Shown piece by piece: positions 6,613-7,403 of a stretch of DNA of 7,403 bases; position 1 is the stretch's first letter; each line of letters starts with the position of its first letter. The position numbers and the translations under genes are program-made. The notes under the pieces are model-generated. The model saw nothing but the letters and a program-made list of their open reading frames with translations, was not told where the DNA came from and made no database searches. Source of the stretch: Octopus sinensis (lineage: Eukaryota); assembly GCF_006345805.1 (NCBI RefSeq), contig NW_021828944.1, positions 1 to 7,403 of the forward strand, in the 5' to 3' direction.

Positions 6613-6990
6613 TAGTGTGATTCGAGGAAGAATTAACTGTTATTTCTAGCAGGTCGAGCATTAAAAATTAGTGTCATTTGAGAAAGAATTAACTACTATT
6701 TCTCGCAGGTCAAGTAACTAAATAGAAGACTTAGTGTGATTTGAGAAAAAATTAACTGTTATTTCTAGCAGGTCGAGCAACTAAGGGAACCTTCTCCCAT
6801 TTGAAGAATTAGTGTCATTTGAGAAAGAATTAACTGCTATTTCTAGCAGGTCAAGTAACTAAATAGAACATTTCCTCATTGAAGACTTAGTGTCATTTGA
6901 GAAAAAATTAACTGCTATTTCTAGCAGGTCGAGCAACTAAGTAGAACCTTCCCTTGTCGGAGACTTAATGTCATTTGAGGAAAAATTAAC
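6613..6990. repeat. Tandem array of ~78-bp units (5 full + 1 partial) with a 48-bp hairpin-containing core
   Basis: Units start at 6613, 6669, 6732, 6810, 6888 and 6966 (lengths 56, 63, 78, 78, 78, partial). Core TAGTGTCATTTGAGAAAGAATTAACTGCTATTTCTAGCAGGTC(G/A)AG(C/T)A. Confidence 0.95.
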
Positions 6991-7169
6991 CATTTTCCTT
7001 CTTGGCTCATCTTCGAAAGTTTAATTCCGACAACAATTTTGACACACCCACTGGTCGTGTAGAAACTCTCCCCCTTCCTCTGTTTTTTATAACTCCGCCT
7101 CCTTCTAATGGAGTCTCTTGTAAATATAACACCTTTCCCTCCTCTCTGCTATATTAGTCGCTGCTGTCG

Positions 7170-7403
7170 CACTAGCGTTGCTAGAGCGGGTGCCGCCCAG
7201 GGCGGCCCTTCCGTTATCTGCCCCCGGACCCCACGGAAAACACATATTGTCTACAGCAGACCCCAAAGTCGTGAATTTCCCATAGCTTTTTTTTATGTAA
7301 ATCGGGGATTATCGCATTCCGTACTAATTCAATCTAATCTATTCTGGCTTATAGCCTACAGCAGGATGAAAAGTACCGCCCCTTCAAAAGTGTCGCCCCC
7401 CCC
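7170..7403. mobile_element. Possible GC-rich MITE-like element running off the window end
   Basis: Start CACTAGCGTTGCTAGAGCGGGTGCCGCCC. Repeated GTGCCGCCC-like motifs at 7190, 7373 and 7390, and a palindrome at 7192-7206. The second TIR is not visible in the window. Confidence 0.3.

Noticed and set aside
6613-6990. CRISPR-like appearance (palindromic 48-bp repeat plus ~30-bp spacers)
   Set aside because: The spacers are clearly homologous to each other, the repeats are degenerate, there are no cas genes and the context is animal DNA.
6613-6990. Zinc-finger or other coding repeat (78 bp = 26 codons)
   Set aside because: Stops in the frames I checked on both strands, no C-x2-C/H-x3-H pattern, and C2H2 arrays have an 84-bp period.

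Overview
Repeat-dense, non-coding animal genomic DNA, most likely octopus/coleoid cephalopod. The host call rests on my recognition of the tRNA-derived SINE sequence and the microsatellite load, not on a database search. No intact protein-coding gene is supported: nearly all listed ORFs are translations of microsatellites. Supported contents: (1) a ~905-bp internally deleted Tc1/mariner element with both TIRs and a TA target duplication (1584-2488); (2) three copies of one tRNA-derived SINE superfamily, each with a different 3' module, two of them head-to-head 19 bp apart; (3) a LINE/SINE-type 3' end (stem-loop plus expanded GTAAAAGA tail); (4) a 78-bp hairpin-containing tandem array with A/B alternation; (5) a degenerate hammerhead-ribozyme-like motif; (6) a ~650-bp polypurine tract and many microsatellites. 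I found no convincing new multi-gene system. The best leads are RNA-structural: the inverted SINE pair, stem-loop-associated deletions in one SINE, the 78-bp array whose core diverges less than its linkers, and the hammerhead relic.
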